IMG/VR virus record: IMGVR_UViG_3300028454_001166
Coordinates: 1-64,000 of that record
From: a virus
Lineage: Duplodnaviria; Caudoviricetes
Strand: one strand, 5' to 3'
Length of the DNA stretch: 64,000 bases
Under the pieces are notes generated by a model. The model had not been told where the DNA came from. It saw nothing but the letters and a program-made list of their open reading frames with translations, and did not search any database. A program made the translations under genes and the position numbers. This document shows positions 17,413 to 27,279 of the stretch, piece by piece (the stretch's first letter is position 1; the number at the start of each line of letters is the position of its first letter).

Positions 17413-17718
17413 ATGATCGGGTGGTTTCTGTTGTTTCTCGCAAGCGGCGCGGCCTCGTCCGTCATGGCGGCAGGGCTTATCAACTACCGGGATGCCCGGA
17501 CGGTGGTATCATGGACCGCGAAGAAAGGAAAGCGAAAGGCCAGAGAGGTACGGGCTCTCGTCGAAAGGTACTCCGATGACGAGGAACTGATGACCAAGGG
17601 CGTCCAACGGTACATCGTTATAACGGCCCTCATCGTTTCCTTCGTGGCTCTTACCGTGGTCTTGCTTACGACCGCGCTTATAACTTTTATTCTGTATATC
17701 TGTGGAGGTGCTACATGA
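17413..17718 (+). CDS. Small membrane protein
   Basis: GGAGG RBS, two hydrophobic segments. Confidence 0.6.
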   Translation: MIGWFLLFLASGAASSVMAAGLINYRDARTVVSWTAKKGKRKAREVRALVERYSDDEELMTKGVQRYIVITALIVSFVALTVVLLTTALITFILYICGGAT

Positions 17719-18014
17719 TCAACCTTGGAGGGGGCTATCTGGTTTGCCCCACGAGCTACGGCTACAACCTCGTCCTTGATAGGGGGCAAAAGAACAAGGA
17801 AACCGGGAAACCCGTTTACTACCCGGTTTCGTACCACGGTAACCTCGAATCCGCGGTAGCCGCGGCTATGCGTATCGCCCAGAGGGAAGAGTTGTCGAAG
17901 CAGGATTACTCGCTCAAGGAGGCCGTTGCAGTCATGGAACGGATCCAGAAAGAGTTCATCGAAACCCTGCACGAGGTAATCGGGAGAAAGGAAACGATCG
18001 AAGATGAAGACTGA
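17715..18014 (+). CDS. Hypothetical phage protein
   Basis: GGAGG RBS, coupled to neighbours. Confidence 0.7.
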   Translation: MINLGGGYLVCPTSYGYNLVLDRGQKNKETGKPVYYPVSYHGNLESAVAAAMRIAQREELSKQDYSLKEAVAVMERIQKEFIETLHEVIGRKETIEDED

Positions 18015-18525
18015 GTACCAGAACAACATCGAAGCGATGATGGAGGCGCAGACGGACAAAGGCCTCCACAAATACGGGGTGACCTTGGAGGATAACACCA
18101 CGCTCACGACGGAACAGCGCATCGAGCATTTCCAAGAAGAAGCCATTGATGCGCTGTTCTACGGGGAGCACCTTAAGGCGGCTCTACGGAATGAGGGCCT
18201 CACAGCGAACGACTACCAACGGGCGGCTATGCGCACGGCCCCGGATTCCATAGGAGCGGATGAAATGCTTCTGAACAGCTTCTTCGGGTTGCAAGGGGAG
18301 CTGGGTGAACTTTTCGACCTGTACAAGAAGCACCGGTATCAAGGGCATCCGCTCGACCCGGGGGCAATGAAACTGGAGCTGGGTGATCTGCTGTGGTACG
18401 CCGCGGAAATGGCTACGGCTCTTGGGTTTACCCTTTCCGAGGTAATGACCGCGAACATCGAAAAGCTCAAAGCCCGGTATCCCGAGGGGTTTGATAAGGC
18501 CAGAAGTATTCACAGGGAGGCGTGA
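18004..18525 (+). CDS. MazG-like NTP pyrophosphohydrolase with N-terminal extra helical domain
   Basis: GLQGELGE..D..KK..YQGH, ELGDLLWY, NIEKLKARYPEGF; N-terminal KGLHKYGVTL..EEAIDALFY. Confidence 0.88.
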   Translation: MKTEYQNNIEAMMEAQTDKGLHKYGVTLEDNTTLTTEQRIEHFQEEAIDALFYGEHLKAALRNEGLTANDYQRAAMRTAPDSIGADEMLLNSFFGLQGELGELFDLYKKHRYQGHPLDPGAMKLELGDLLWYAAEMATALGFTLSEVMTANIEKLKARYPEGFDKARSIHREA

Positions 18526-18526
18526 C

Positions 18527-18775
18527 ATGCCGGAGAACGAAGAACACAAGCCGTGCAGCTGGGGGGACGGTATAACCATCAAACCGGACGGCGAACACGA
18601 GCTCGACCCGTGTGTTTACCGGGACGTGCAGGAAATCAAGAACGTAACGATAGTGGTTTCCCGATGCGTCCGATGCGGGCGCATCGTTATCGGGTGGAAA
18701 CCGCAGCTGAACACTGAGGTCGTGTACGACGAGCTGAGCGGGGAAGGAAGCGAGGGTAACCATGACACTGTTTGA
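18527..18775 (+). CDS. Small Cys-containing hypothetical protein
   Basis: GGAGG RBS; ELDPC...CVRCG. Confidence 0.65.
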   Translation: MPENEEHKPCSWGDGITIKPDGEHELDPCVYRDVQEIKNVTIVVSRCVRCGRIVIGWKPQLNTEVVYDELSGEGSEGNHDTV

Positions 18776-19226
18776 AGGCGTATTGCGCGACGCTATTCAC
18801 ATCGACCCGACTCCTGTAATCCGCGCCGGGTTTGAACAGGTGACCTTCGGGGGCGATCCTTCGCTCCCAAGGTTAGAGCCGATCCCGGTTGCAACCATCA
18901 GCATAAAGCTGGTAGCGACCGAGGCCCTGAATCGGCTTGTAGACTTAATCAGGAGCGAAGAAGAGGAGGCACCGGACGACGGGGCGTGGTATGAGTTCTA
19001 CATCACTTTCAATGACTACACCCCGTCCGGTGTGGACGGGTGGATACAGGTTGTTGTTCGGGGAACCGCGGCAAGCGACGCCGGATTTACCCATAGAATT
19101 GAGCTTACGCGGCTCGAACAAAACATGGTCCGCGCCTACATTGACGATCAGTGCCGACAGCACATGGGGATCAGGCAGGGTATCACCGATCTGTTGCGTG
19201 CATCGAAAAATCGGATGCCGGTATAA
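18762..19226 (+). CDS. Hypothetical protein
   Basis: 154-aa ORF with RBS. Confidence 0.65.
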   Translation: MTLFEGVLRDAIHIDPTPVIRAGFEQVTFGGDPSLPRLEPIPVATISIKLVATEALNRLVDLIRSEEEEAPDDGAWYEFYITFNDYTPSGVDGWIQVVVRGTAASDAGFTHRIELTRLEQNMVRAYIDDQCRQHMGIRQGITDLLRASKNRMPV

Positions 19227-19262
19227 CCAAAAAACAGGGGGCAAAAATAGTCGAATTTGCCC

Positions 19263-19317
19263 TTGATTTTCAAGGAGTATTATGCTAACATAAGGGCTAC
19301 GGTTAAAGAACTTTAAC
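19263..19317 (+). promoter_or_regulatory. Promoter plus perfect operator upstream of primase
   Basis: TTGATT-17-TAACAT followed by GTTAAAGAACTTTAAC (19302-19317). Confidence 0.7.
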
Positions 19318-19340
19318 TGAAAAAGGAGACCTTGCAAACC

Positions 19341-21782
19341 ATGAGGTTAGAACACGACGCCCAACTCACGTTGTCGGTAGGCAACAGCCGAAAATCCCTG
19401 AGCTGGGTTAAAACGACGATGTCTCTCTCGGACTTGTACGAGAGGCTCTCAGCGCCGTTACGCGGAATGGAAACCATGGAGTCCTATCTCGCCGCGCCGA
19501 AGAAAAGGCAGGACGAGTTGAAGGATGTCGGCGGATTCGTCGGCGGGACTCTGGAAGGCGAGAGGCGGTTGAGTACGAAGGTAGTCAACCGCTGTTTAGT
19601 CACTCTCGATTTCGATACCATGCCTCCCTATTCGACGGATAACGTGATCCAGAAGGTAGCGAGCATCGGATTCAGCTACTGCGTTTACAGCACGCGCAAG
19701 CACCGCAAAGAAGCCCCGCGCTTGCGGATCCTCTTCCCGTTGGACAGGCCGGTCACCCCGGACGAGTACGACGCCATCGCGCGAAAACTCGCGGGGGCGA
19801 TTGGCATTGAAATGGCCGACCCTACCACCTTCGAGCCGCACCGGTTGATGTACTGGCCGTCCTGTTGCGTGGACGGCGAGTACATCTTCCGGTACGCAGA
19901 CCTTCCCATCATCGGGGCGGACTTTGTCCTTGGCCTCTACGACGATTGGCAGAATTGGGAGGCGCGACCGCAGGTCCCGGGGGAAGGGAACAAGTACAAA
20001 CGGCTCGCGGTGAAGGCAGGAAACCCCACCGAAAAGCCGGGGGTGGTAGGTGCGTTCTGCCGGGTCTACAACATCCATACGGCCATGGAGAAGTTCCTCC
20101 CGGGCATTTACGAGCCCGTGGGGAATAACGGAGATCGGTACACCTATCTGAACGGATCGACGACTGGCGGTGCCGTGGTGTACGAAGACGGGCTGTTCAT
20201 GTACTCCCATCACGCCACGGACCCCTGCTGCGACAAATTGGTGAACGCGTTCGACATGGTCCGGCTCCACCTCTTCGGGGATCTCGATGAAGACTGTGCA
20301 CCGGACACAGCGGTGAACCGGCTTCCGTCTTACACGAACATGTGCGAGAAGGCCATCGGGGACGAAGCGGTGATCCAGCTCATGACAGAGGAGCGGATGG
20401 CGGCAACGGCGACAGAGTTCGGGGATTTGACCCCACCTGCTCCGGAAATCGCCGATGGGGGCGGCGCGGAGGAAAACGATAAAGCATGGGCGTCCATGCT
20501 CTCCCGAAACGTGAAAACGGGAGCCGTGAAGCCGACCATCGAGAACGCGCTTATCATTTTCGAGAACGACCCAAACCTGAAAAACCGGTTTGCACTGAAC
20601 CAGTTTGCAGGGCGCGGCGAGGTGCTGGGGCAACTGCCATGGATGCATGAAGCCGAGCGGCGGATGTGGACGGACACCGATTCAAACGGCGTCTACTGGT
20701 ATTTGGAGAAGACCTACGGTTTCAACGGGCGGGGGGCCATCGATTCCGCGCTGGACCTTCACGCGGCAAAGTACGCGTTCAACGAGGTTCAGGAATACAT
20801 CAACCATCTGGAGTGGGACGGTGAGAACCGGCTTGATACGATGTTCACGGACTATCTGGGGGCGAACGACACCGCCTACACACGCGCGGTCTGCCGGAAG
20901 GCATTTACAGCCGCAATAGCCCGGGCCATGAACCCCGGATGCAAGTACGACCAGATGGTCATTCTCTGCGGGCCGCAGGGCCTCGGGAAAAGCACGCTCC
21001 TGTACAAGATGGCGCACGGATGGTTCAACGATTCCATTCGGACCTTTGAAGGGAAGGAGGCGTCGGAACTTCTGCAGGGGGTATGGCTGGTCGAAATCGC
21101 GGAGCTCGATGCGTTCCGCCGTACCGACGTCTCCCGAATCAAGCAGTTCCTCTCACTCCGTGCGGACCGATACCGCGCGGCGTACGCCCACAACGCCCGC
21201 GAGTTCCCCCGTAGGTGCGTCTTTTTCGGCACGTCCAATCAGGTGGACTTCCTTCAAGATACCACGGGAAATCGGCGCTTCTGGCCCGTTGACGTGGGCC
21301 TTGTTCAGCACGAGAAGAACGCCTTCACCGATCTGACACCGGAGGTGATCGATCAGATTTGGGCCGAGGCGAAGATGCGCTGGTCAATGGGGGAGCCGTT
21401 GTACCTGACCGACGAAACCATTGAAGAGGCAAAGCGTCAACAGGAGGATCATCGGGACGCGTCGTCACAGGAGGGCTTGGTAGCGGACTTCCTGTCGAAG
21501 GACATCCCTGCCGATTGGGACCGCTGGACGGTCGAAGAAAGACGTTCTTTCTGGAGCGGAGGGGGCGCGGGAAACGTCCCGCTGGTTCCCCGGAATAAGA
21601 TTACAGCTATTGAAGTTTGGTGCGAACTTTTCATGCGCGGACAGGCCGACATCAAGCGAAATGACTCCCGGGAAATCAACGCGATCATCGCCAGCATTCC
21701 AGAATGGCGGCGTCTCAGCGGCACATTTCGATGCGGTCCGTATGGCGTTCAGAGGGGCTTCGTCCGGTTCAACGGGGTGTAA
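19341..21782 (+). CDS. Virulence-associated protein E (VirE/VapE)-type primase-helicase (alternative TTG start 19332)
   Basis: KDVGGFVGG, YSTRKH..PRLR primase domain; GPQGLGKST Walker A; FLQDTTGNRRFWP. Confidence 0.92.
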   Translation: MRLEHDAQLTLSVGNSRKSLSWVKTTMSLSDLYERLSAPLRGMETMESYLAAPKKRQDELKDVGGFVGGTLEGERRLSTKVVNRCLVTLDFDTMPPYSTDNVIQKVASIGFSYCVYSTRKHRKEAPRLRILFPLDRPVTPDEYDAIARKLAGAIGIEMADPTTFEPHRLMYWPSCCVDGEYIFRYADLPIIGADFVLGLYDDWQNWEARPQVPGEGNKYKRLAVKAGNPTEKPGVVGAFCRVYNIHTAMEKFLPGIYEPVGNNGDRYTYLNGSTTGGAVVYEDGLFMYSHHATDPCCDKLVNAFDMVRLHLFGDLDEDCAPDTAVNRLPSYTNMCEKAIGDEAVIQLMTEERMAATATEFGDLTPPAPEIADGGGAEENDKAWASMLSRNVKTGAVKPTIENALIIFENDPNLKNRFALNQFAGRGEVLGQLPWMHEAERRMWTDTDSNGVYWYLEKTYGFNGRGAIDSALDLHAAKYAFNEVQEYINHLEWDGENRLDTMFTDYLGANDTAYTRAVCRKAFTAAIARAMNPGCKYDQMVILCGPQGLGKSTLLYKMAHGWFNDSIRTFEGKEASELLQGVWLVEIAELDAFRRTDVSRIKQFLSLRADRYRAAYAHNAREFPRRCVFFGTSNQVDFLQDTTGNRRFWPVDVGLVQHEKNAFTDLTPEVIDQIWAEAKMRWSMGEPLYLTDETIEEAKRQQEDHRDASSQEGLVADFLSKDIPADWDRWTVEERRSFWSGGGAGNVPLVPRNKITAIEVWCELFMRGQADIKRNDSREINAIIASIPEWRRLSGTFRCGPYGVQRGFVRFNGV

Positions 21783-22048
21783 CATTCCGAAGCGGCTGTT
21801 ACAAAATCGGGAGTTTGTTACAAAGAGAATTGTACGCAATGTAACATTAAAAAATTTGTTACAGGAATGTGACAAAAATTGTTTCACCCGAAAACCGTTA
21901 CAAGAAGCCCTTGGAACATATAAATGTAACATTGTAACATAAAACATAAGGATAATAGTATATAGGGGCTTAGGGGGGTATTTAGCCCCTATACCCTCTA
22001 ATCGTATAAATCTATTAGAAAAACATGTTTGTTACGTTTTTTGTTACA
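21778..22048. repeat. Iteron-like TGTTACA/TGTAACA cluster, putative replication origin
   Basis: About ten copies in both orientations flanking an AT-rich stretch directly after the primase gene. Confidence 0.7.
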
Positions 22049-22211
22049 AAGGTTGAGCACAACCGAAAATCGGCCCCAAAACGAAGAAGGGCTGAAATTG
22101 GCATTTTTTGGTAAAACGGCCTGTTTTTTGCGGGTAGTTTCGGTGGCGTGTTCGACCGGAAATCGAGTCGAAAATAGGTCCTCAAATCGGCATAACCTCG
22201 GAGGTGGCCGC

Positions 22212-22544
22212 GTGGAAAAATATAGTGAAAACTATTATGAGCAGAGATTGACCCGCGCTGTGAAAATGCTCGGCGGGCTCTGTTGGAAGTTCGTGTCGCC
22301 CGGTCACTCAGGTGTACCTGACCGAATCATCATCCTCCCGGGCGGCGCGGTACTGTTCGTCGAGCTGAAAGCGCCGGGAAAGAAGGAGCGACTTTTACAG
22401 CAGGTAATCCAAGACCGGATGCGCAAACTCGGTGTGACCGTCTTCTCGAGCGTGAACTCCACCGAGAAGATCGACGAGGTGATTGCCGAGTGTGTGAAGA
22501 GGACGCACCGAAAATCGGGAGACCAGAAGGGGGTGATTTCATGA
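22212..22544 (+). CDS. VRR-NUC domain nuclease
   Basis: KFVSPG.SGVPDRI...FVELKAPG. Confidence 0.9.
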   Translation: MEKYSENYYEQRLTRAVKMLGGLCWKFVSPGHSGVPDRIIILPGGAVLFVELKAPGKKERLLQQVIQDRMRKLGVTVFSSVNSTEKIDEVIAECVKRTHRKSGDQKGVIS

Positions 22545-23927
22545 AGTTCATACCGTATCCGTACCAGCAGTACTGCATCGACCGGATCACGAACGACCCC
22601 GCCGTGGGGTTGTTCCTCGATATGGGCTTGGGTTGACAAAACCGTTATCACGCTGACCGCGATTCGAGAGTTGAAGTACCTTCGGTTTTGCGTCAACAAG
22701 TGCCTCGTCGTTGCGCCGAAGAAGGTGGCCGAGGATACATGGCAGACGGAATCCCGAAAGTGGGACCACCTCGATTACCTCCGGATTTCCACGGTTCTCG
22801 GGACGCTGAAGGACCGGACCCGTGCTCTCGAACAGCCCGCGGACGTCTATGTGATCAACCGGGAAAACGTTCCGTGGCTCGTCACTTACTACGGCAGGGA
22901 TTGGCCCTTCGACATGGTGGTACTTGACGAAAGCAGCTCGTTTAAGAATCCACAGGCTAAGCGGTTCAAAGCGCTGAAAGCCGTCCGGCCCCGGATCCAC
23001 CGTATCGTTGAACTGACCGGCACACCCCAGCCAAACTCCCTGATGGACCTCTGGTCACAGATTTACCTGCTTGATGGCGGGGCGCGGCTCGGGAAGTTCA
23101 TCTCGCGCTACCGCGAGGCCTACTTCCGTCCGGACAAACGGAACCAGATGATCGTGTATTCCTACGCACCGTTGCCGGGAGCTATGGAGCAGATACAAAA
23201 TCAGATCTCCGACATTTGCGTGAGCATGAAGTCGGAAGACTACCTCGATCTCCCGGATCTGATTTACAACGATATTCCAGTGAAGCTCGATAGCCGGGCA
23301 AGGAAGCTGTACCGGGACATGGAGCGGCAGATGGTCCTGCGAATTCAGGATCAGACGGTAACCGCGGAAACGGCTGGTGTGCTTTCCGGTAAATTACTGC
23401 AACTCTGCTCCGGGGCGATTTACGACGAAGAGAAGAACGTGGTCGAGGTACACAGCTGCAAGATCGAGGCCTTCATGGAAACCGTGGAGCAGTTAAACGG
23501 GGAGCACGCGGTCGTGTGCTACTACTACCAGCACGACCTTGACCGGCTCCTAAAGGCGCTCGATGAGAGCGGCCTCCGGGTCCGGGTCTACCGTGATGCA
23601 CGGGATAAGGAGGCGTGGAACGCCGGAGAGGTGGACCTGCTCCTCGCACACCCGGCCTCGTGTGGTTACGGGCTGAATTTGCAGCAAGGAGGGCACCACA
23701 TCATCTGGTTTACGCTTACCCAGAGCCTCGAGGAATACCAGCAGATGAACAAACGGCTCCACCGGCAGGGTCAGCAGTTTCCGGTCGTAGTTCATCACTT
23801 GCTCGTGACGGACGGGCGGGATTGCGACGTGAAGAAAGCCCTGACCGGGAAAAGCGACGCACAAGAGAGTCTGCTTGAATCAATCAAAGCACGAATTGAG
23901 GAAGTGAGGAGGGAGAACGGCCAATGA
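22541..23927 (+). CDS. SNF2-family helicase interrupted by a 4-nt TGAC insertion in Walker A
   Basis: MKFIPYPYQ...LFLDMGLG-TGAC-KTVITL; downstream DESS, LTGTP, GYGLNLQ, RLHRQGQ intact. Confidence 0.85.
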
Positions 23928-24334
23928 CCAAAAAAGAGCTGTCGCAATGCTATTACCTGAAAAAGGAGATTCGAAACGACCGCGAACGGCTCGAGCGATT
24001 GCGGGCAGAGGCGAAGTACCCGCCCACCCCGAAGCTGTCGGACGAGCCTCCGGGACCGCATACAAACGAAGGGCGGACTGAAAGGCTCGCCCTCGAAATT
24101 GTAGACCTTGAGGCGATCATCGCTGCAAAGCAAATTCAGCGGATCCACGAGCTCGGGAAGCTGGAACGGTTCATCGCCGACATAGAGGACAGCATGACGA
24201 GGCAGATCTTTGAATACCGGCACGTCGATGGTATGCGGTGGAGCGAGATCGCCACTCGCATGGGCGGTAATAACACCCCAGACAGTGTTCGGATGGCGCA
24301 CGATAGATACCTGAAAAAATTCTCCGATACATGA
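23924..24334 (+). CDS. RinA/ArpU-like late transcriptional activator
   Basis: Coiled coil plus C-terminal sigma-70 region 4-like HTH (RQIFEYRHVDGMRWSEIA). Confidence 0.75.
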   Translation: MTKKELSQCYYLKKEIRNDRERLERLRAEAKYPPTPKLSDEPPGPHTNEGRTERLALEIVDLEAIIAAKQIQRIHELGKLERFIADIEDSMTRQIFEYRHVDGMRWSEIATRMGGNNTPDSVRMAHDRYLKKFSDT

Positions 24335-24338
24335 AAGT

Positions 24339-24370
24339 TGTTCGTTTTGTTCGTTTTTTTCTGCTATAAT
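24339..24370 (+). promoter_or_regulatory. Activator-dependent late promoter
   Basis: TGTTCGTTT direct repeats in place of -35, TG-C-TATAAT at 24362-24370, directly after the activator gene. Confidence 0.55.
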
Positions 24371-24536
24371 GGTAGCGTGGAGTTCTGTAAGGCCCTCTCG
24401 TTTTCCGTGCCTCCGGATTCGGTAGGGTCGAGCTTCATGGTGTCATTTTCGGTTGCCCCGGCGTTGTGCTGGGGCAGTTTCTTTTCATCAGCGTGGTGGT
24501 TGTGGGTTGAGACCGCCCGGCTGATTTTTTTATGTT

Positions 24537-25061
24537 ATGCCTGTAAAAAAGAAAGATGGCGCGGAAGTGAAGAAGGCTCCCGCGCGGAAGAAAACAACGA
24601 TGCCCGTAAAGATCGACGAAGCGAAAACGCCGGAGGATCTTTTTGCTGTGGACACCATCCCGCAGGACATTGGCGAAGTGATGCCGGAGCCGCATGAGTT
24701 TCTTTCCGAGACTCAGCGCGATGGGGAGAAGTTCGAAGCCGCAGACATATACCGGGAGACATGGGAGCAGCTGAAAAAGCTCGGCTGTGCTCCGCTGGTA
24801 TCCCGGGAGCTGCTCGAACGGTACGCCGTGAGTACCGCCCGGTGGCGTCAGTGTGAAGCGATGACCACGAAGCTCGGGTTCCTTTCCAAGCACCCGACTT
24901 CTGGTAAGCCGGTCACATCGCCATATGTGGAAATGGGGATTGACTACATGAACCAGTCGCTCCGGCTCTGGGATGAAATCAGCAAGATCATAAAAGCACA
25001 CGGTGAAGCTGACGCAGACGAGACGGGCTCATCCATGGACTTAATGGGCAAACGCCTGTAA
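24537..25061 (+). CDS. P27-family terminase small subunit (possibly relic)
   Basis: MPEP.EFLS..QRDG, ARWRQCE...GFLSKHPTSG...SPYV. Confidence 0.8.
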   Translation: MPVKKKDGAEVKKAPARKKTTMPVKIDEAKTPEDLFAVDTIPQDIGEVMPEPHEFLSETQRDGEKFEAADIYRETWEQLKKLGCAPLVSRELLERYAVSTARWRQCEAMTTKLGFLSKHPTSGKPVTSPYVEMGIDYMNQSLRLWDEISKIIKAHGEADADETGSSMDLMGKRL

Positions 25062-25078
25062 GTCAGAAAGGACAGTAA

Positions 25079-25864
25079 ATGTACGAGAAGGTCAACCCCG
25101 CGCATCCGGATAAGGTCGCAGACCGAATTGCGGGCGCGCTTGTCGATTTAGCTTACAGCCTCGACGACAATCCGAAGATTGCCGTCGAGGTTCTTCTTGG
25201 CCACGGCATTTGCCACATCATAGCAGAGACGTCGGTGATGCTCCCCCGTCTCGAGGTGCAGAATGCCGTGGCCCGCATTGCGGGAAATCTTACAACGGAC
25301 TACCGCGAGGTAAAGCAGGATGTTCATCTCGCCGAGAATCAGGCTGGGAAGATCCGGTGTGGTGACAACGGCATCTTCAAAGGTGTGCCGGTCACCGATG
25401 AACAGAAGAAACTCACCCAGATCGCAAAAGATCTCTTCGATCGGTATGGTACGGACGGGAAGTACATTCTTGACGGCGACCATCTGATCATCTGCCAGAG
25501 CAATGCGAAAACGGAAGCCCTGCTTCAAATGCATCCCGGCGCAACGGTTAATCCCCTCGGCGAGTGGACGGGTGGTTCGGAAGTGGACTGCGGCGCAACC
25601 AACCGGAAGCTGGGCAGCGATATGGGCGATTCGGTAACGGGAGGCGGTCTCCACGGCAAGGATCTCTCCAAGGCCGACGTCAGCGTGAACATCTACGCTT
25701 GGCTCCTCGCTCAGCACGAAGGGAAACCCGTGGAGCTGTGTTGCGCTATCGGCGACGATACGGTGAACGGGATCGAGTACCAGTTCATCGTTGGGCTGGC
25801 CCGTGCGTTCATCAAAAAGATCGGCGGATTTGAGAAGTTCGCGGAATGGGGGCTGATCCGATGA
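25079..25864 (+). CDS. metK: Compact phage S-adenosylmethionine synthetase-like protein
   Basis: HPDKVADRIAG, CGDNG, DCGATNRKL, GGGLHGKDLSKAD. Confidence 0.85.
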   Translation: MYEKVNPAHPDKVADRIAGALVDLAYSLDDNPKIAVEVLLGHGICHIIAETSVMLPRLEVQNAVARIAGNLTTDYREVKQDVHLAENQAGKIRCGDNGIFKGVPVTDEQKKLTQIAKDLFDRYGTDGKYILDGDHLIICQSNAKTEALLQMHPGATVNPLGEWTGGSEVDCGATNRKLGSDMGDSVTGGGLHGKDLSKADVSVNIYAWLLAQHEGKPVELCCAIGDDTVNGIEYQFIVGLARAFIKKIGGFEKFAEWGLIR

Positions 25865-27108
25865 AGACAACCACAGAAATGACCCTTGTCCCTATCGGTA
25901 AGCTGGTCCCTTACGCCAATAATGCCCGGACGCACTCGAAGGAGCAGATTCTGAAGCTTCGGTCTTCCCTGAGAGAGTTCGGCTTTATCAACCCGGTAAT
26001 CATCGACCGGGACTACAACATCATCGCCGGTCACGGGCGCGTTTTGGCCGCGCAGGAAGAAAACATCGCCGAGATTCCTTGTGTGTTCGTAGATTACTTG
26101 ACCGAAGCCCAGAAGAAGGCGTACATCCTCGCGGATAACCGCATGGCGCTGGACGCTGGGTGGGACGAGGAAATGCTCCGCGTGGAGATCGAAGCCTTGA
26201 AGGACATGGCGTTTGATCCGCTTCTTACCGGCTTCGATGAGAAGGAGCTGGATGCGCTCTTCGCCACGGACGAAGCAAAGGAAGATAACTTCGACGTTGA
26301 TGAAGAGCTGAAACAGCCTGTTTTTTCTCAGCTCGGCGACCTGTGGCTTCTCGGCAAGCACCGCGTTATCTGCGGCGACAGCACCGGGGAAGAAGTTTAC
26401 ACCCGGCTGATGGACGGCATGAAGGCCAACCTCGTTCTGACCGACCCCCCGTACAACGTGGATGTTGAGGAAACGGCAGGGAAGATCATGAACGACAACA
26501 TGGGCGACTCGGAGTTTTATAACTTCCTGCTTTCTGCCTACCGTTGCATGCACGCCAACCTCGCCGACGACGGGTCCATCTATGTGTTCCATGCGGATAC
26601 GGAAGGACTGAATTTCAGGAAGGCGTTTAAGGACGCCGGTTTCTATCTTTCTGGGTGTTGCATCTGGAAGAAGAACAGTCTGGTTCTGGGGCGAAGCCCC
26701 TACCAATGGATTCACGAGCCGTGCCTTTTCGGGTGGAAACAGAAAGGCAAGCACCAGTGGTACAGCGACCGTAAGCAAACGACCATCTGGGAATACGACA
26801 AACCTCGCTCCTCGAAAGACCACCCGACCATGAAGCCGATCCCTCTGATGAGCTATCCGATCAAGAACAGCACCATGACGAACGGCATCGTTCTCGACCC
26901 GTTCCTTGGGTCCGGGTCAACCCTGATCGCTTGTTGTGAGACCGGTCGGCTGTGCCGCGGGATCGAGCTTGACCCGAAGTTTGTGGACGTGATTGTGAAA
27001 CGGTACATCGAATGGAACAATGGTAAGTTCGACGACGTTTCGGTCATCCGAAATGGTGAAACCCTTCGTTTCGACGAGGTCGCTACATTCGAGGCCTTGG
27101 AAGACTGA
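25861..27108 (+). CDS. ParB-like domain + N4/N6 DNA methyltransferase
   Basis: PYANNARTH..IIAGHGR..ADNR; TDPPYN; HPTMKP; DPFLGSGST. Confidence 0.92.
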   Translation: MKTTTEMTLVPIGKLVPYANNARTHSKEQILKLRSSLREFGFINPVIIDRDYNIIAGHGRVLAAQEENIAEIPCVFVDYLTEAQKKAYILADNRMALDAGWDEEMLRVEIEALKDMAFDPLLTGFDEKELDALFATDEAKEDNFDVDEELKQPVFSQLGDLWLLGKHRVICGDSTGEEVYTRLMDGMKANLVLTDPPYNVDVEETAGKIMNDNMGDSEFYNFLLSAYRCMHANLADDGSIYVFHADTEGLNFRKAFKDAGFYLSGCCIWKKNSLVLGRSPYQWIHEPCLFGWKQKGKHQWYSDRKQTTIWEYDKPRSSKDHPTMKPIPLMSYPIKNSTMTNGIVLDPFLGSGSTLIACCETGRLCRGIELDPKFVDVIVKRYIEWNNGKFDDVSVIRNGETLRFDEVATFEALED

Positions 27109-27222
27109 CGCATTTTGCCGCGGTTTTTGATGGTACCCTGTGTTTCCGCTGATTGTGTACAGTTACCAAGTTGTCCTCTCGTAGGCGTTTTCATATTGTA
27201 CCCTCTAAATCTCCGAAACCCG

Positions 27223-27251
27223 TTGATTTATTACGGGTTCAGAGTTAATAT
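27223..27251 (+). promoter_or_regulatory. Sigma-A-like promoter
   Basis: TTGATT-17-TAATAT. Confidence 0.6.
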
Positions 27252-27279
27252 GAGTAAAACCTAAGCAGGAGGGTACAAT

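Noticed and set aside
22633-22638. TTGACA created by the helicase insertion acting as a promoter
   Set aside because: No -10 hexamer at 16-18 bp spacing
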